Below, in pieces: positions 61,601-64,000 of a stretch of DNA of 64,000 nt (positions are counted from its first letter, which is position 1; each line of letters starts with the position of its first letter). The translations under genes were made by a program, and so were the position numbers. Under the pieces are notes generated by a model. That model was not told the DNA's origin and ran no database searches. It worked only from the letters and a program-made list of their open reading frames with translations. The stretch comes from Anthoceros angustus. Its lineage: Eukaryota > Plantae > Anthocerotophyta. The stretch is taken from positions 124,001 to 188,000 of the forward strand of contig MU008166.1 in assembly GCA_010909165.1 (NCBI GenBank). Direction: 5' to 3'.

Positions 61601-63890
61601 ACGAGGCGTGTGCATGTCTCCATCTTGTGCCCAACGGAAATCATCGATGGCCATCAAGGATCATATGGGAATGTTGGGCGGTGTCCCCGCCCTTCACGGA
61701 GTGTCTCCTCTTGCTATCCCTCACGTCTTGCCGTTCGGTGAGTGGTTCCTTCTCTAGCGAGGTGGTCCCTTCTACCGTGCGGGCATGGTGTTCGGTGACC
61801 GCACGGTATGGATTGGTGCTCGGTGGGGCGCCGCATGTGAACACTTTTGTTTGGCCCTTTTCTCCAACCGCAAGTTCATGCTGTGAAGTGTTGTGGAATC
61901 CGCATTTGTGAACCCGCAACATTCCGCTCCCTCACCCACTCATTTGTGGATCATTGCGAAGTGTTTGCACATCGTTGTTGCCGTCTGGAAACCGACGATG
62001 CCCATCAGGGCTGTTCCACATCAATGACGATGGCCATCAAGGATGATGGACGGAGGTTGCTCTCCTCTTGTCGGCCATCAAGGACCGGTATGGAGTGCCG
62101 CCGCCTTGGCTCTTGCCGTCTCGGATCACAGCGTCGTCGTGTGACTAGGGACGGTTTATACCTCACAATGTGGGGTATATGATTACCGTAATTAAACGGG
62201 ATGGGAAAGTCCTTCTTCTTTGATCACTACTGTACTATCGTCACCCAATAAAACTCGATGACCGTCACATGCTTGGCGGAATGGATGGGTATGGTTTGTT
62301 GGCCATGACAATGTCATGGCCTTCACAACCCGCCATGAACCAAAGACAATGGCTCCTATCTCTGATAAACTTGTCTCCACGTTGTCCAAGAAAGGTGTGG
62401 TGAAGCCATTTTAATATTTGAAAAGCCGGGCATGGTAGAAAACATGCCATGTCCGGGTCGTGCATTGACGACGCCCGTTCTCTATTTCGATCCGCTTCTT
62501 CTACACCATTGTGCAAGGACGGTAGGTGGCACGTGAGAGCCATTCAAGCAAACTAAATGCCCCATTCATTATGCCATGAATGAAGGACCGTATGTGAATT
62601 TGCCATATATATGCCAATTCGCGTCTCCCATATAATGATGTGCATCGCTCGAGACTCCAGTCCACCAATCAAAGCGCCACATGGCGTAACGTGTCATGTA
62701 TTCACACCTTCCGGCAGACGCCAATGTGACTCACGCGGCCCCGCGCGCACGCAGGATATCCGGACCTTGGGAGACATGACATCTACCTTCGTGTTCCGCG
62801 CTTGCTTGCCCCGCGCCACACCCCATGAATTTACCGCCAACACATCGCTCGATGACCCGCCATGCCACCGCCATGTCTCCTTTTCTCACATGTAAGGAAC
62901 GGCTGAAATTCAAGATCCTCTCATCCGCAACCCGATGTGGCCTGGAGGACAAGAGGCTGCCTAAGGTCGCCGTGTTCCGCTTTAAATGTCACCACCTTGC
63001 CCTCGCTTCACGCTACTACCTTTGTTTTGGTCATCTTCGCATCCGAGGCGAGCTTGTCTTCTGAAACACGCCTCCTGCCGCTCTACCTTGTGCCGCCTAT
63101 GACGGACATGTGCAAGTATGCCGCAACGAAGCTGCCGAAACCACCGTGGGTATCCATCGGTAGCTCGCAGACGAGGCGTGTGTGCATGTCTCCATCTTCA
63201 CCGCCTAACCGGAAATACCGCCGATGGCCATCAAGGATCATATGGGAATGTTGGGCGCGGTGTCCCCGCCCTTCACGGGAGCCGCCTCCTCATATCCTCA
63301 CGCCTTGCCGTCGGTGGCGAGGTGGTTCCTTCTCTAGCGAGGTGGTCCCTTCTACCGGTGCGGGCATGGTGTTCGTGACCGCACGGTATGGATTGGTGCT
63401 CGGGAGGCGCCGCATGTGAACACTTTTGTTTGGCCCTTTTCTCCAACCCGCAAGTTCATACTGCAGGTGAAGGTGTTGTGGAATCGCATTTGAACCCGCA
63501 ACATTCCGCCTCACCCCCTCGCTTGTGGATCATTGCGAAGTGTTTGCACATCGTTGTCGGTGCTGGAAACCGACGATGCCCATCAAGGACGAGGGCTGCA
63601 GCCTCGTCAATGATGGCCATCAAGGATGATGGACGGAGGTTGCTCTCCTCTTGTCGGCCATCAAGGACCTGGTATGGAGTGCCGCCCGCCTTGGCTCTTG
63701 CCGTCTCGGATCACGGCGTCTTGCCGTCGGTGACTAGGGACGGTTTATACCTCACAATGTGGGGTATATGATTACCGTAATTAAACGCTGGGATGGGAAA
63801 GTCCTTCTTCTTTGATCACTACGTGTACTTCATGTCACCCAATAAAACTCGATGACCGTCTGCATGGCGGAATGGATGGGTATGGTTTGG
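55689..63890. repeat. Nested tandem duplications (jump-backs near 57325, 59367 and 62298)
   Basis: CCACCGTTGGAGACACTCC at about 55689 and 57325. GCTTGCCCGCCTCGCGCCAAG at about 55907 and 59367. GGCCATGACAATGTCATGGCC at about 58866, 60737 and 62301. Confidence 0.92.
56455..57340 (-). other. Array of degenerate 42-bp units encoding a 14-aa repeat (also about 58075-58975 and 59912-60830)
   Basis: Direct translation of successive units gives MVIHNGLNLSLDDE, MRMSKGKLFSFDED, MTIHNGNVLSLDHE, MVMTNEEHLSLGHE, AVMNNGKLVSVDRK and VIMHDGNVLSLDH. Some units need a 1-bp homopolymer correction. Confidence 0.7.
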
Positions 63891-64000
63891 TGCCCGCTCA
63901 TACTGACCGACATGACAAGTCACCGCTGCGCACGCCCCTTCCGAGTCACGCGTAATAAACAAAGTATGGTGATTGGTGCTATAGCTCTTGCCTTCTCCCT

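Larger units (their letters stand above)
51713..64000 (+). mobile_element. Large CACTA-like element (left terminus CCCTACTAGAAAAGGGCA) with a duplicated interior; runs off the window
   Basis: The terminus resembles CACTACTAGAAAA. Subterminal CCATC(T/C)TAACAC and GGT(G/A)TTAAG motifs occur in both orientations at 51800-52090. No transposase motif was recognised and no right TIR seen. Confidence 0.5.

Noticed and set aside
49981-64000. Programmed frameshifting or RNA editing to explain dense frameshifts
   Set aside because: Indels are scattered, often in homopolymers and confined to repeats while single-copy genes are intact, which points to decay or unpolished assembly.

Overview
Eukaryotic nuclear DNA from a land plant. 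A non-seed plant such as a hornwort is plausible, inferred from short introns and a nuclear copy of mitochondrial rps7. A compact gene-rich core (15.5-37.2 kb, plus 42.9-45.6 kb) holds DDB1, a LISCL/SCL14-type GRAS factor, a nucleus-encoded mitochondrial RPS7 head-to-head with a YbeY-HAD gene, a ZIP metal transporter and an intronless ankyrin-PGG membrane protein. Nested transposon debris flanks it. On the left lie an intron-containing Sola-like DDE transposase with a triplicated first exon and Ty3/Gypsy-type remnants (LTR, PBS, extra ORF, four-knuckle Gag, integrase fragment). Between the Gag and integrase pieces sits an AT-rich palindromic cassette carrying divergent single-DUF26 (Gnk2-like) secreted-protein genes, followed by a CACTA end and an inverted LTR pair. 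On the right, permuted Ty1/Copia fragments are twice abutted by a CCCTACTAGAAA-terminated CACTA-like element. Its interior (51.7-64 kb) is built of kb-scale jump-back duplications and hides a frameshift-broken minus-strand reading frame of 14-aa repeats (M-V-I-H-N-G-x-x-L-S-L-D-H-E). Repeat regions carry dense 1-bp indels typical of unpolished long-read assembly, so frameshifts and copy numbers there need read-level checking. All homology calls are from motif recognition, not database searches.
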